A stretch of DNA of 64,000 nucleotides from Parcubacteria group bacterium GW2011_GWA2_38_13b (GCA_000992445.2 LBUF02000011.1:35556-99555), one strand, 5' to 3'. Counted from the first letter of the stretch, positions 18,685-27,747 are shown. Notes: generated from the sequence alone by a model not told the origin. Numbers and translations: made by a program.

Positions 18685-20523
18685 TTATTGATTATTTTTA
18701 TTTTCCGGTTCTTTATTGTCAGACGATGCCTTGTAAAGATCGGCTCCGATTTTTTGGATAGTTTGCGATAAATCCTGCGTTGTTTTTTTTATATCTTCAA
18801 TATTATCACTGCTTTTGGCTTTCTTCAACGCTTCAATTTTTTCCTCAATACCTTTTTTAATTTCGGGAGCCACTTTGTCGCCGGCATCTCTTAACGCTTT
18901 TTCCGCAGTATAAATCAGAGTATCAGCGATATTTTTAATTTCGATCGTTTCTTTTTTCTTTTTATCTTCTTCGGCGTGCATTTCCGCGTCGCGCCTCATT
19001 TTTTCTATCTCTTCCTTTGAAAGACCGGACGACGCTTCAATTCTTATCGACTGTTCCTTATTCGTCGCTTTATCCTTTGCTTTTACGCTTAAAATTCCAT
19101 TAGCATCAATATCAAACATTACTTCCACTTGCGGCACTCCTCGCGGCGCCGGCAATATGCCGTCAAGTATGAATCTGCCCAAGGTTTTACTGTCAGCCGC
19201 CATTTCTCTTTCGCCCTGCAAAACATGGATTTCAACGGACGGCTGATTGTCGGCCGCGGTGGAAAAAACCTGCGTTTTACTGGTAGGAATGGTAGTATTT
19301 TTATCAATCAATTTCGTCATAACTCCGCCCAAAGTTTCTATACCAAGAGACAACGGCGTAACATCCAAAAGTAAAACGTCTTTAACGTCCCCCTGCATAA
19401 TCCCTCCCTGCACGGCCGCGCCTATAGCCACGACTTCATCTGGATTGATTGATTTATTTGGCTCTTTCCCGAAAAGTTTCCTGACTGCTTCTTGCATCGC
19501 CGGCATCCTTGTCTGACCACCCACTAAAATCACTTCATCAATATCTTTAATTTCAAATTTAGCGTCTTTGACCGTTTTTCTGGTAATTTCAATCGCTTTA
19601 TCGATATATTCTCCCACCAGTTCTTCCAATTTTGCTCTGGTAAATTTAATATTCAAATGCTTGGGACCCGCCGAATCGGACGTAATGAACGGAATATTGA
19701 TTTCCGCTTCCATTGTTGACGAAAGTTCGTGTTTGGCTTTCTCCGCCGCTTCCTTCAAACGCTGAAGCGCCATTTGATCTTTTGACAAATCAATACCTTG
19801 ATCTTTTTTAAATTCATTGATAAACCAAGCGATTATCTTTTGATCAAAATCATCTCCGCCGAGATGCGTATCGCCGCCGATCGCTTTAACTTCAACGGTA
19901 TCTTCCGACACTTCCAAAACGGAAACATCAAATGTTCCTCCGCCAAAATCAAAAACTACAATCTGCTCATCCTTTTTCTTGTTAAATCCATAGGCAAGAG
20001 CCGCCGCCGTCGGTTCATTTATTATTCTTTTAACGGTAAAACCGGCAATTTCTCCGGCATCTTTGGTCGCTTTTCTTTGCGAATCGTCAAAATAAGCCGG
20101 CACTGTTATTATGGCTTCGGTTATTTTTTGCCCTAATTTGTCTTCGGCATCACTTTTTAATTTCTGCAGCACCATTGCGGAAATTTCAGTAGGCGTATGC
20201 CACTTATCGCCCATTTTTATTTCCACGCCGCCATTTGCCGCTTCTTTAATGTCAAACGGCAATAATTTTTTGTCTCTCTGTACTTCCAGATCGTTAAAAC
20301 GCCGGCCTATCAGCCTTTTTGCGGAAAAAATAGTATTTTTATGATTGGTAATCGCCTGTCTTTTTGCCAAAAGACCGACAAGCCGTTCTCCGGATTTGGA
20401 AATGGCTGCCACTGAAGGCGTCATTCTGTTGCCTTCTCTATTCTCAATAATGATCGGCTCGCCGCCTTCCACTATTGCTATTTCGGAATTAGTTGTACCC
20501 AAATCAATACCTACGATTTTCAT
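18685..20523 (-). CDS. dnaK: Chaperone DnaK (HSP70)
   Basis: [18 protein letters not shown] and [11 protein letters not shown] signatures. Confidence 0.97.
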   Translation of the reverse strand: MKIVGIDLGTTNSEIAIVEGGEPIIIENREGNRMTPSVAAISKSGERLVGLLAKRQAITNHKNTIFSAKRLIGRRFNDLEVQRDKKLLPFDIKEAANGGVEIKMGDKWHTPTEISAMVLQKLKSDAEDKLGQKITEAIITVPAYFDDSQRKATKDAGEIAGFTVKRIINEPTAAALAYGFNKKKDEQIVVFDFGGGTFDVSVLEVSEDTVEVKAIGGDTHLGGDDFDQKIIAWFINEFKKDQGIDLSKDQMALQRLKEAAEKAKHELSSTMEAEINIPFITSDSAGPKHLNIKFTRAKLEELVGEYIDKAIEITRKTVKDAKFEIKDIDEVILVGGQTRMPAMQEAVRKLFGKEPNKSINPDEVVAIGAAVQGGIMQGDVKDVLLLDVTPLSLGIETLGGVMTKLIDKNTTIPTSKTQVFSTAADNQPSVEIHVLQGEREMAADSKTLGRFILDGILPAPRGVPQVEVMFDIDANGILSVKAKDKATNKEQSIRIEASSGLSKEEIEKMRRDAEMHAEEDKKKKETIEIKNIADTLIYTAEKALRDAGDKVAPEIKKGIEEKIEALKKAKSSDNIEDIKKTTQDLSQTIQKIGADLYKASSDNKEPENKNNQ

Positions 20524-20617
20524 ATTTTATAATTAAAAACCAATTGATTTTCTTGCCCGCCAAAATTTTTATTTTGCAAAATTTGGACGAGCGAAATTTT
20601 TGATTTTTACATTCATA

Positions 20618-21097
20618 TTATTTTGATATCCGCACTTTTGCGGCTCTTATAACTTTCCCGTTCAAAGTATAACCTTTCCTCAATTCTTCCAATATCATTC
20701 CCGATTCCTTTTCCGATTCAACGGCCTCAACGGCTTCATGAAATTCCGGATTAAATTTCTCACTGATCGTCTTTATTTCCTGAACCCCGTGATTTTTTAA
20801 AATCCCCCCCAATTGCGTTTTTATCGCCACGATGCCCTGAATCCACCTTGACTGATTTTCGTTTTCCGGTAAATGCTTAACGGCTTCGTCAAAATTGTCA
20901 ATAATCGGCAAAAATTCAAGAACGAAATCTTCACGTGCATATTTTCTAAACATCACTATCGCTTCCTCTTGACGTTTTTTATAATTGATAAAATCCGCTT
21001 TGGCGCGTTTCCAACCATTCAAATATTCATTGGCTTGCGTTTGCCAATCTATTTTACCAACATTGTCGCCATTTTGCTTTGGTTCATCTTGATTCAC
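20618..21097 (-). CDS. grpE: Nucleotide exchange factor GrpE (GTG start)
   Basis: 159 aa GrpE-like dimerisation helix and beta domain. It sits between hrcA and dnaK. Confidence 0.85.
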   Translation of the reverse strand: MNQDEPKQNGDNVGKIDWQTQANEYLNGWKRAKADFINYKKRQEEAIVMFRKYAREDFVLEFLPIIDNFDEAVKHLPENENQSRWIQGIVAIKTQLGGILKNHGVQEIKTISEKFNPEFHEAVEAVESEKESGMILEELRKGYTLNGKVIRAAKVRISK

Positions 21098-21229
21098 CCC
21101 GTTAAATATCTACCCTTATATAATTTAACATAACTTCAGATAGATATTTTATTATAATGCAACCTTCGTTAGTTTAGTGCGGAAAAATTTTAAAAAAATT
21201 TTCCGCCATAGACCTCTAACGGGGTTCAT
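21098..21229 (-). promoter_or_regulatory. grpE leader element (hairpin + CTAACGrGG boxes)
   Basis: Hairpin GCGGAAAA..TTTTCCGC at 21179-21206 and an ACTAACGAAGG box. CCCCGTTAG at 21216-24 (includes the hrcA stop) is complementary to the TAACGGGG at the grpE GTG. Confidence 0.45.
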
Positions 21230-21911
21230 TATTGCATGATAATATTTTTACCAATTCATTTATAAGCGCTATATTCCTATCATACCTCATTCTTGTCGGA
21301 CCTAAAAGCGCTATTATTCCTTGTTTTTTTGACGAAATATTGTAAGAAGAAATAATCATACTGCACTTTTCCAAGAGCAATGGATTTTCTTTGTCTATAT
21401 AAACAACGGTACCGTTATCGGAAACGCTATCAATGATTTTATCGGTATAATCATAAATATTTTCCAGCTTATTTACCAAATTTTGCAAAATCTCCAAATT
21501 ATTATAAAATTCCGGTTCTCCCAATAAAACATCCAATCCCGCGTTAAGCAAATTGTCATCAATAAAATTTATAACAAGCGAGCTTGAATACTCGGCAATA
21601 TATTTCAAACATTCGCGGGGAAAAGACATAAATTCATTGAATACTTGAGGCAATTTTATTTTATGCTCCTTTTCGCGGTCAATTGAATCAACAAACATCT
21701 TATAAGCTTTTGTCGTAGGGATTCTGCCGCCGGAAGTATACAATTGCGCCAAATAACCATTTTTTGTCAGCCACGCCATTTCCATTCTGATAGTCGCGGG
21801 ACTCGCGGAAATATCATATTTTTCATAAATCAAATTCGATCCCACCGGTATGGAATTTTCAATATGCTCATCGATAACGGAAAATAAAATTTGTTGTCGG
21901 CGAGAATTCAT
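21216..21911 (-). CDS. hrcA: Heat-inducible repressor HrcA (short form); start revised to the ATG at 21911
   Basis: N-terminal wHTH (MNSRRQQILFSVIDEHIENSIPVGS) and a C-terminal GPTRMRY motif. The longer ORF-track start would place the CIRCE operator inside the CDS. Confidence 0.8.
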   Translation of the reverse strand: MNSRRQQILFSVIDEHIENSIPVGSNLIYEKYDISASPATIRMEMAWLTKNGYLAQLYTSGGRIPTTKAYKMFVDSIDREKEHKIKLPQVFNEFMSFPRECLKYIAEYSSSLVINFIDDNLLNAGLDVLLGEPEFYNNLEILQNLVNKLENIYDYTDKIIDSVSDNGTVVYIDKENPLLLEKCSMIISSYNISSKKQGIIALLGPTRMRYDRNIALINELVKILSCNNEPR

Positions 21912-21931
21912 AGTATACCTCATCTTATCAA

Positions 21932-21958
21932 TTAGCACTCTCTTGTCAAGAGTGCTAA
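21932..21958 (-). promoter_or_regulatory. CIRCE operator (HrcA binding site)
   Basis: Perfect match to the consensus TTAGCACTC-N9-GAGTGCTAA, 21 nt upstream of the hrcA ATG. Confidence 0.92.
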
Positions 21959-22056
21959 AATAATCAATTTCCAGATGCAAGTCTTTACTTTATTGATATT
22001 TTTGTGTACATTGTAATTATGCTTAATAAATAAAATAATAACATTAAATAATACCT

Positions 22057-22305
22057 ATGAAAAAGAAAATTCATCCTAAATATTTTCCTAAAGCCAAGGT
22101 TCAATGCGCCTGCGGCAATTCTTTTATAGCTGGATCAACTAAGGAAAAAATAGAAACAGAAATCTGTAGCGCTTGCCATCCGTTTTATAGCGGCAAAGAC
22201 AAGCTCATTGATACGGCTGGAATTGTCGATAAATTTAAAAAACGAATGGAAAAAACCAAAGTACTCAAAAAAGCGGCGACGGAAAGAAAAGAAACGAAAA
22301 AATAG
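22057..22305 (+). CDS. rpmE: Ribosomal protein L31
   Basis: MKKKIHPKY...CACG...[10 protein letters not shown] zinc-type L31. Confidence 0.93.
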   Translation: MKKKIHPKYFPKAKVQCACGNSFIAGSTKEKIETEICSACHPFYSGKDKLIDTAGIVDKFKKRMEKTKVLKKAATERKETKK

Positions 22306-22321
22306 CATAAATTCTTATGTT

Positions 22322-22366
22322 AAGAGTAATCGCCGGTTATTTTCGTATCCGCGGTTGCTCTTTTTC
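22322..22366 (+). terminator. Probable rpmE intrinsic terminator
   Basis: About 12-bp stem AAGAGTAATCGC / GCGGTTGCTCTT (two G-U pairs) followed by TTTTTCTT. Confidence 0.5.
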
Positions 22367-22390
22367 TTATGAGCCCCGCCAGATATCCTC

Positions 22391-22504
22391 GGCAGAAAAA
22401 TTTCATTGAAATTTTTCTGCGTGGAACTAACAAGGATTACATATTTTAATTTTGGTCTGCCCGAAATTAACCAATTGGTTATATAGGAGCAGACTTTTAA
22501 CGGG
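22391..22504 (+). promoter_or_regulatory. prfA leader element (homologous to the rpsU and grpE leaders)
   Basis: Perfect 12-bp hairpin GCAGAAAAATTT/AAATTTTTCTGC, a GAACTAACAAGG box, a TATATA box and AGACTTTTAACGGG running into the GTG start. Confidence 0.5.
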
Positions 22505-23554
22505 GTGAACAAAGAAATACTGAAAAAAATAAAAGAAGCCCGTGAAAATTATGAACAGATAAATAAACAACTTAGCGATCCTAAGATTGTTTCCGATTTC
22601 CAAAAAGTCAAAGAATTAACCCAAGAACATTCCAGGCTAAAAGAAGTCGTTGGCGCTTTTGAAGAAATTGAGAAAATTGAAAAAAAAATAAAAGAAGCGG
22701 AAAATATTATCGGTTCCGAAACAGATCCGGAATTAACTGAATTGGCCGACGAAGAAATAAAAGAACTGACGGTAAAAAAAGAAAATTTATCGGCAAAGAT
22801 TGAAAATTTTTTCTCGCCGAAAAAAGACGCGGAAAACAATATAATAATGGAAATCCGCGCCGGAACTGGTGGCGAAGAAGCGGCGATTTTTGCGGTTGAA
22901 ATTTTCAGAATGTATTCGCGTTACGCCGAAAAACGCCAATGGAAACTAAATATAATTGATTCCAGTCAAAGCGAACTAGGAGGATACAAAACGATTATTT
23001 TTGAAATAAAAGGTGGCGGAGTTTATGAAGAAATGAAATTTGAATCTGGCGTTCACCGCGTTCAACGGGTTCCGGAAACGGAAAAAAACGGTCGAGTCCA
23101 CACTTCAACGGCAACAGTCGCCGTTTTGCCCCAAGCAAAAGAAATTGACGTGCAGATAAATCCACAGGATATTGAAGTAACAACCGCGAGAGCCGGCGGT
23201 CCAGGCGGTCAAAACGTCAATAAAGTGGAAACGGCGGTCAGGATTACCCACAAACCGACGGGTATCGCGATTTTAAGCCGCGCCGAGAGAAACCAACAGC
23301 AAAATCGGGAAAAAGCGATGATGATTTTGCGGTCAAAACTACTGGATCTCAAAAAACAAGAAGAGGATAAAAAAAGGACATCCGAACGAAAATCGCAAAT
23401 CGGTTCCGCCGACCGATCGGAAAAAATAAGAACCTATAACTTCCCGCAAGACAGAATAACCGACCATAGAATAAAAAAAACCTGGCACAATATTCCGAAA
23501 ATAATGGACGGCGACTTGGGACAAATTATCAATGAACTGAAAAACACGATATAA
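22505..23554 (+). CDS. prfA: Peptide chain release factor 1 (GTG start)
   Basis: GGQ motif ([11 protein letters not shown]). The PxT-type tripeptide (VPETE) indicates RF1 rather than RF2. Confidence 0.93.
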   Translation: MNKEILKKIKEARENYEQINKQLSDPKIVSDFQKVKELTQEHSRLKEVVGAFEEIEKIEKKIKEAENIIGSETDPELTELADEEIKELTVKKENLSAKIENFFSPKKDAENNIIMEIRAGTGGEEAAIFAVEIFRMYSRYAEKRQWKLNIIDSSQSELGGYKTIIFEIKGGGVYEEMKFESGVHRVQRVPETEKNGRVHTSTATVAVLPQAKEIDVQINPQDIEVTTARAGGPGGQNVNKVETAVRITHKPTGIAILSRAERNQQQNREKAMMILRSKLLDLKKQEEDKKRTSERKSQIGSADRSEKIRTYNFPQDRITDHRIKKTWHNIPKIMDGDLGQIINELKNTI

Positions 23555-23584
23555 CAAAAAATAAATCATTGAAACTATATTAAA

Positions 23585-23608
23585 AAGGACGGTCATTGCG
23601 CCGTCCTT
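23585..23608. terminator. Bidirectional hairpin between convergent prfA and the methyltransferase gene
   Basis: AAGGACGG-tcattgcg-CCGTCCTT flanked by A-runs and T-runs. Confidence 0.6.
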
Positions 23609-23632
23609 ATTAATAAATTATTTTTTATCATT

Positions 23633-24250
23633 CTATTCCCTTCCATCGTTTTTTCGTAAAATAAGCAGATCATTTTTATTTTCAATAACCCTAAATCCGC
23701 TCTTAACCAACTCATCTATTTGAATGTCTATGGCTAATAACACTTCTTTCTTGTGTATCGCTCCCAAACCTACGGGATACAACCTTATTTCTCCGCTATT
23801 TTTTAATATTCTTGCGATGCCGGCGAAAAATTTTTCCACTTGCCGTTCATTATTAATATACATTGGCAAACAGAAAAGACTTATCACCAAATCAAACACT
23901 TCGTCTTTAAACGGTAACTCCTCTGCGAGAGCGGCTACGGTTCTTTTTTTAACCTCGGGGATATTAAAAACTTTGATATATTCAATATTTTCTTTGGACT
24001 TTAAAAGCTGCTTATTAAGCTCATTGATAGATAAATAATAAATTGGATCTACCGAATAAACCTTCGCCTCAATATCCAGTTCGCTCACCTCTTTAGCAAA
24101 TCTTCTCGTTCCCGCGCCAATATCTAAAATTTTTTTTTCAAATATAATTCCGATGTCCATACGGAGATTATCAAAATATTCCTTAATTGTCCGGTGAGTT
24201 ATCGGTATTTCTTTCCAATGCCAATATTTATTTTGTTCATATTTAGCCAT
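23633..24250 (-). CDS. Class I SAM-dependent methyltransferase
   Basis: Motif I ILDIGAGTRRF. A canonical SD (GAAGGAGG) lies 8 nt upstream of the ATG. Confidence 0.75.
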   Translation of the reverse strand: MAKYEQNKYWHWKEIPITHRTIKEYFDNLRMDIGIIFEKKILDIGAGTRRFAKEVSELDIEAKVYSVDPIYYLSINELNKQLLKSKENIEYIKVFNIPEVKKRTVAALAEELPFKDEVFDLVISLFCLPMYINNERQVEKFFAGIARILKNSGEIRLYPVGLGAIHKKEVLLAIDIQIDELVKSGFRVIENKNDLLILRKNDGRE

Positions 24251-24328
24251 TTTTTTGCGCCTCCTTCATTTAAATATCAAAAAACTCCAATTTATATTTA
24301 TAGCATATAAAAAAATAATAAGTCAATA

Positions 24329-25783
24329 CTAGAGATTTTTTTCAATTTCCGCCGCTATGCTTTGAATGCCATTAGCGTATTTATTGCAAGAAGAAGATGA
24401 GCAACGGGAATTACCGCTATAATAGGCCTTAGCCGCGGCAATCTCAGCTTCTCTGGTTTTGGCTGTAGCGCCGCTGCGCGCTAATTTTATGGCTGAAGCG
24501 GTAAAAGCGTCTTCTATGTTCCATGGATTCGGAGGGTTATGGCCGGTAATTCTTGCCACCTCTTCTTTGTAACCCATCCAAGTTGTCGGAAGAAATTGAG
24601 CCGGACCCATTGCTCCGCCGTATCCTATGACATTTGACTGTGGACAAGAAATTGGAGTGTTGAAAGGATCAAAACCCAGTTCCATTGTAATGGCAACAAA
24701 ATCATCCACGTCGCCCTTGCGATCCGAAATTTTTATGCTCGTATTGGCGGGAAAACCCCGAGCGATAAGTAATTTTTTGCGATCCACCAAGCCCATCGGT
24801 TTCATAATCAAGTCAATAGTCGCTCCGGTCACAATATTGATACCGGTTGCCGTGGCAGAATCTTTTAAATAACAACGGCCAACATTTCTTCCGAGACCGG
24901 TTTCCCATTCCAGGAGAGCCAAAAGAAAAGCCGGCCTTATTCCCGCCCCAACCGCCGCAGACTGAGCAAATTTAACGGCATCTTCGGCGGTAATACCGCT
25001 TTGTTCAAGATAGTAAATTTGGGCCCTGATAGCTCCTATATCTTGCTGAGATTTCTTGATTAAATTCTGAAATAAAATTTCTTTCCCCTGTGTTTCCTTT
25101 AAAAGATTGTCGTTTTCTTTCTTTTTTTGACCCAACGACACCTTCTGAAATTCTTGCAATTTTTTGGTTTGAGAAAAATCCCCCCTTTTTTCTTCCAAAA
25201 TTTCTATCTCATTATTCAAATCAATTTTCAGCTCTTTTATCGTATCCAAACTTTCTTTCAACGATCTTTGTATATCTTCCAGCGCTTTCATTTCTTCAAA
25301 AAAATCTACAGCTTCCGACTGCGCCAAAACGATTTCCAAAAAACTTTTATCGCTGTTTTCGTAAAGATTTCTGATAGCGGCGGCAATCAATATTTTTTGC
25401 GTTTCAATTTTTTCATCTATTTTCATAATCTTGTTATTAGCATCGTCAATTTCCGTTTCCAATCCCCTAATCACAAGGTTAGTTTCCGTTATTTCAAGAT
25501 TAATTTTCTTAACCTCCTGTCCGATAATCCATAATTCGTTTTGCAGTGTTTTTTCCTGTTTTTTCGCCGTATTTATTTCTTCCTGATATCCGGCAATTTG
25601 ACGGCTCAATTCGTTGATTTGGTTATTCAATTCCGATCTCGTATCTTCCGTTGTCTGGGCAAAAACAGTAAAATTCGCATTTATCGGCAAGAAAATAAAA
25701 AAACATACCACAGGTATGCAAAACAAAAACGATTTTAACGTTAAACCGTATTTTATTGCTAAAAATTTAACACTGCCGTACAT
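24329..25783 (-). CDS. Secreted coiled-coil protein with a C-terminal lytic transglycosylase (SLT_2/MltB-like) domain
   Basis: N-terminal signal/TM, about 200 aa of heptad-rich coiled coil, then LEWETGLG (catalytic Glu) and GAMGPAQFLPTTW. Confidence 0.7.
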   Translation of the reverse strand: MYGSVKFLAIKYGLTLKSFLFCIPVVCFFIFLPINANFTVFAQTTEDTRSELNNQINELSRQIAGYQEEINTAKKQEKTLQNELWIIGQEVKKINLEITETNLVIRGLETEIDDANNKIMKIDEKIETQKILIAAAIRNLYENSDKSFLEIVLAQSEAVDFFEEMKALEDIQRSLKESLDTIKELKIDLNNEIEILEEKRGDFSQTKKLQEFQKVSLGQKKKENDNLLKETQGKEILFQNLIKKSQQDIGAIRAQIYYLEQSGITAEDAVKFAQSAAVGAGIRPAFLLALLEWETGLGRNVGRCYLKDSATATGINIVTGATIDLIMKPMGLVDRKKLLIARGFPANTSIKISDRKGDVDDFVAITMELGFDPFNTPISCPQSNVIGYGGAMGPAQFLPTTWMGYKEEVARITGHNPPNPWNIEDAFTASAIKLARSGATAKTREAEIAAAKAYYSGNSRCSSSSCNKYANGIQSIAAEIEKNL

Positions 25784-25821
25784 CGCTAAAATTATTAAAA
25801 TCTTAATGATTCTATGTAACT

Positions 25822-26550
25822 CTATTTTTCTCCTTTCTTTTTATTATTCGCCGTATCTTTTACGCCGCCCTTATTATCTTTCGCTTCCGTTTCTTCCTTG
25901 CTTTCCTTATTTTCTTTGCCAACCACTTTAATATCTCCGACTAAACCCGTTGGAGCGCCTCCCAATTCTTCTTTTATTTCTTCTTCCGTCTTTGGTTTTT
26001 TCACCGTTACCACGACAATTTCCGGATCCTGGGCAAGAGTAACGTTTTCTGGAAGCACAATGTCTTTTACCTTAATAACATCGCCAAAGTTTCCTAATAA
26101 ACTGATATCAATTTTTATTTCACGAGGCACATTGATAGGCAAAACTTCAATTTCTATGCTATCCAAATGCTTATCCATAATACCTCCGTCATTCTTTACG
26201 AGCAAAGAATCGCCCGTAAAAACAAGGGGTACCATTATTTTAATCTTTTTATCCATTCTTATCGCATATAAATCAATATGAATAATCTTGTCAGTAACGC
26301 CATCCTTAACGACATCTTGAATCAACACGTTATCATTTTTAAGTTTTCTATCCGAAATATTTAATTTAATAATCGTATTTTGACCAGCTTTTTCATAAAT
26401 ATTGCCAAATTCGTTATAATTTATTTCAATTGGCGTATTTTCCGTATTAAAACCATAAAATATACCGGGTATTTTGCCGGATTTTCGCAAATCGCCAAGA
26501 TTCTTGCCGATATTTTTTCTAATTGTCGCATTAAGCGTTAAATTATTCAC
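25822..26550 (-). CDS. rplY: Ribosomal protein L25/Ctc with a K/E-rich tail (GTG start)
   Basis: NNLTLNATIRKNIGK...GKIPGIFYG matches the L25 N-terminus. Confidence 0.88.
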   Translation of the reverse strand: MNNLTLNATIRKNIGKNLGDLRKSGKIPGIFYGFNTENTPIEINYNEFGNIYEKAGQNTIIKLNISDRKLKNDNVLIQDVVKDGVTDKIIHIDLYAIRMDKKIKIMVPLVFTGDSLLVKNDGGIMDKHLDSIEIEVLPINVPREIKIDISLLGNFGDVIKVKDIVLPENVTLAQDPEIVVVTVKKPKTEEEIKEELGGAPTGLVGDIKVVGKENKESKEETEAKDNKGGVKDTANNKKKGEK

Positions 26551-26691
26551 CCCGTTAGAAGTTTATCTTTATATGACCGATGTCAACTTTAGATAGACAT
26601 ATATTTACAACTTGACCCTTATTGGTTCATAATCAATAATCTATCACAAATTATTTATAAATACAAGTGCGGCGCGCTATCGATAGACAAG

Positions 26692-27654
26692 TTATACGAC
26701 TAAATTTTTCGGCTTACCGCCGGAAAAAACATCTATTATATTTTGCGCCGCGAGTTCGCTCATTTTTCCACGAGTTTCGTCTGTGGCGGACGCTATATGC
26801 GGCGTAAGTACGACATTATTTAATTTTGCCAGCCCGGGTGAAAATTTCGGCTCAAATTCGAACACATCCAACGCCGCGCCTCGTATTATTTTCTTTTTCA
26901 ACGCTTCAACCAACGCTTTTTCGTCAATTACCGGTCCGCGAGAAGTATTTATTAAATAAGCTGATGATTTCATTAAACTCAATTCTTTTTCAGATATCAA
27001 ATGTTTTGTTGACGGCAAAAGAGGAACATGAATACTGACAAAATCAGCCGTCCTTAATAATGTTTCCAAACTAAAATATTCTATGCCCAACGCTTTTTCC
27101 ATTTCTTCATTGCGTGTCAAATCATAATAAATAATTTTTACATTAAAGCCGTCACGCATTCTTTTCGCCACCTCTCCGCCTATTCTGCCAAGACCGACAA
27201 TACCCAAGGTTTTTCCGGTTATTCCGGAACCTAAAAAAAGCATAGGTTCCCAGCCCTTGAATTTTCCGGCGCGCGCGAAACGATCCGCTTCCGCAATTCT
27301 TTTCGTTACCGCAAAAAGCAAAGCTATAGTATGCTCGGCCACCGCTTCCGTCAAAACGCCCGGCGTATTAGTTATTATTATTCCTCTTTTTTTCGCCGCT
27401 TCAAGATCTATGTTATCAACGCCCACGGCATAATTGGCGATAATTTTCAACCGCGTCCCGATTCCGTCCATCACCTCACCGTCAATCTTATCGGTCAACA
27501 AACATAAAAGAGCATCAACGCCTTTAGCGTATTTTATTATTTCGCGACGCGTTAATACCCGATCATAAGGACTTACGGCAATATCATATTTTTTACCTCT
27601 TAAAAATTGTATACCGACATCCGGTATTTTTCTGGTTACAAAAATTTTAAACAT
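26692..27654 (-). CDS. D-isomer-specific 2-hydroxyacid dehydrogenase (glyoxylate/hydroxypyruvate reductase-like)
   Basis: NAD loop GIVGLGRIGGEVAKR and a C-terminal TPHIASAT catalytic His region. Confidence 0.85.
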   Translation of the reverse strand: MFKIFVTRKIPDVGIQFLRGKKYDIAVSPYDRVLTRREIIKYAKGVDALLCLLTDKIDGEVMDGIGTRLKIIANYAVGVDNIDLEAAKKRGIIITNTPGVLTEAVAEHTIALLFAVTKRIAEADRFARAGKFKGWEPMLFLGSGITGKTLGIVGLGRIGGEVAKRMRDGFNVKIIYYDLTRNEEMEKALGIEYFSLETLLRTADFVSIHVPLLPSTKHLISEKELSLMKSSAYLINTSRGPVIDEKALVEALKKKIIRGAALDVFEFEPKFSPGLAKLNNVVLTPHIASATDETRGKMSELAAQNIIDVFSGGKPKNLVV

Positions 27655-27662
27655 GGACTAGC

Positions 27663-27747
27663 GGCGAATATGCAAATTTTAAATAATATACGAATATAAT
27701 ATTTAGATTCGTATATTTAAGAATATTCGTATATTAGCGATTACTCC
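27663..27747 (-). repeat. Copy 2 of the roughly 85-nt palindromic intergenic element
   Basis: Shares ...GAATATGCAAATTTTAAATAATATACGA...ATTCGTATATT(A/C)GCGATTACTC with 11441-11524. It abuts the ftsA stop codon. Confidence 0.8.

Noticed and set aside
22315-22512. 65-aa minus-strand ORF between rpmE and prfA
   Set aside because: The region is occupied by the rpmE terminator and the conserved prfA leader, which is homologous to non-coding leaders at rpsU and grpE. The ORF has no SD and no recognisable sequence.
26548-26575. Interpreting CTTCTAACGGGGTG as the -10 box of leaderless mRNAs, or as a DNA uptake sequence
   Set aside because: TTCTAA sits only about 5-10 nt before the GTG and is a poor TATAAT match. 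A better TATA(T/A)A box lies 18-25 nt upstream, giving a short leader rather than none. An uptake-sequence role does not explain the fixed position at start codons. Neither idea can be excluded without TSS data and genome-wide counts.
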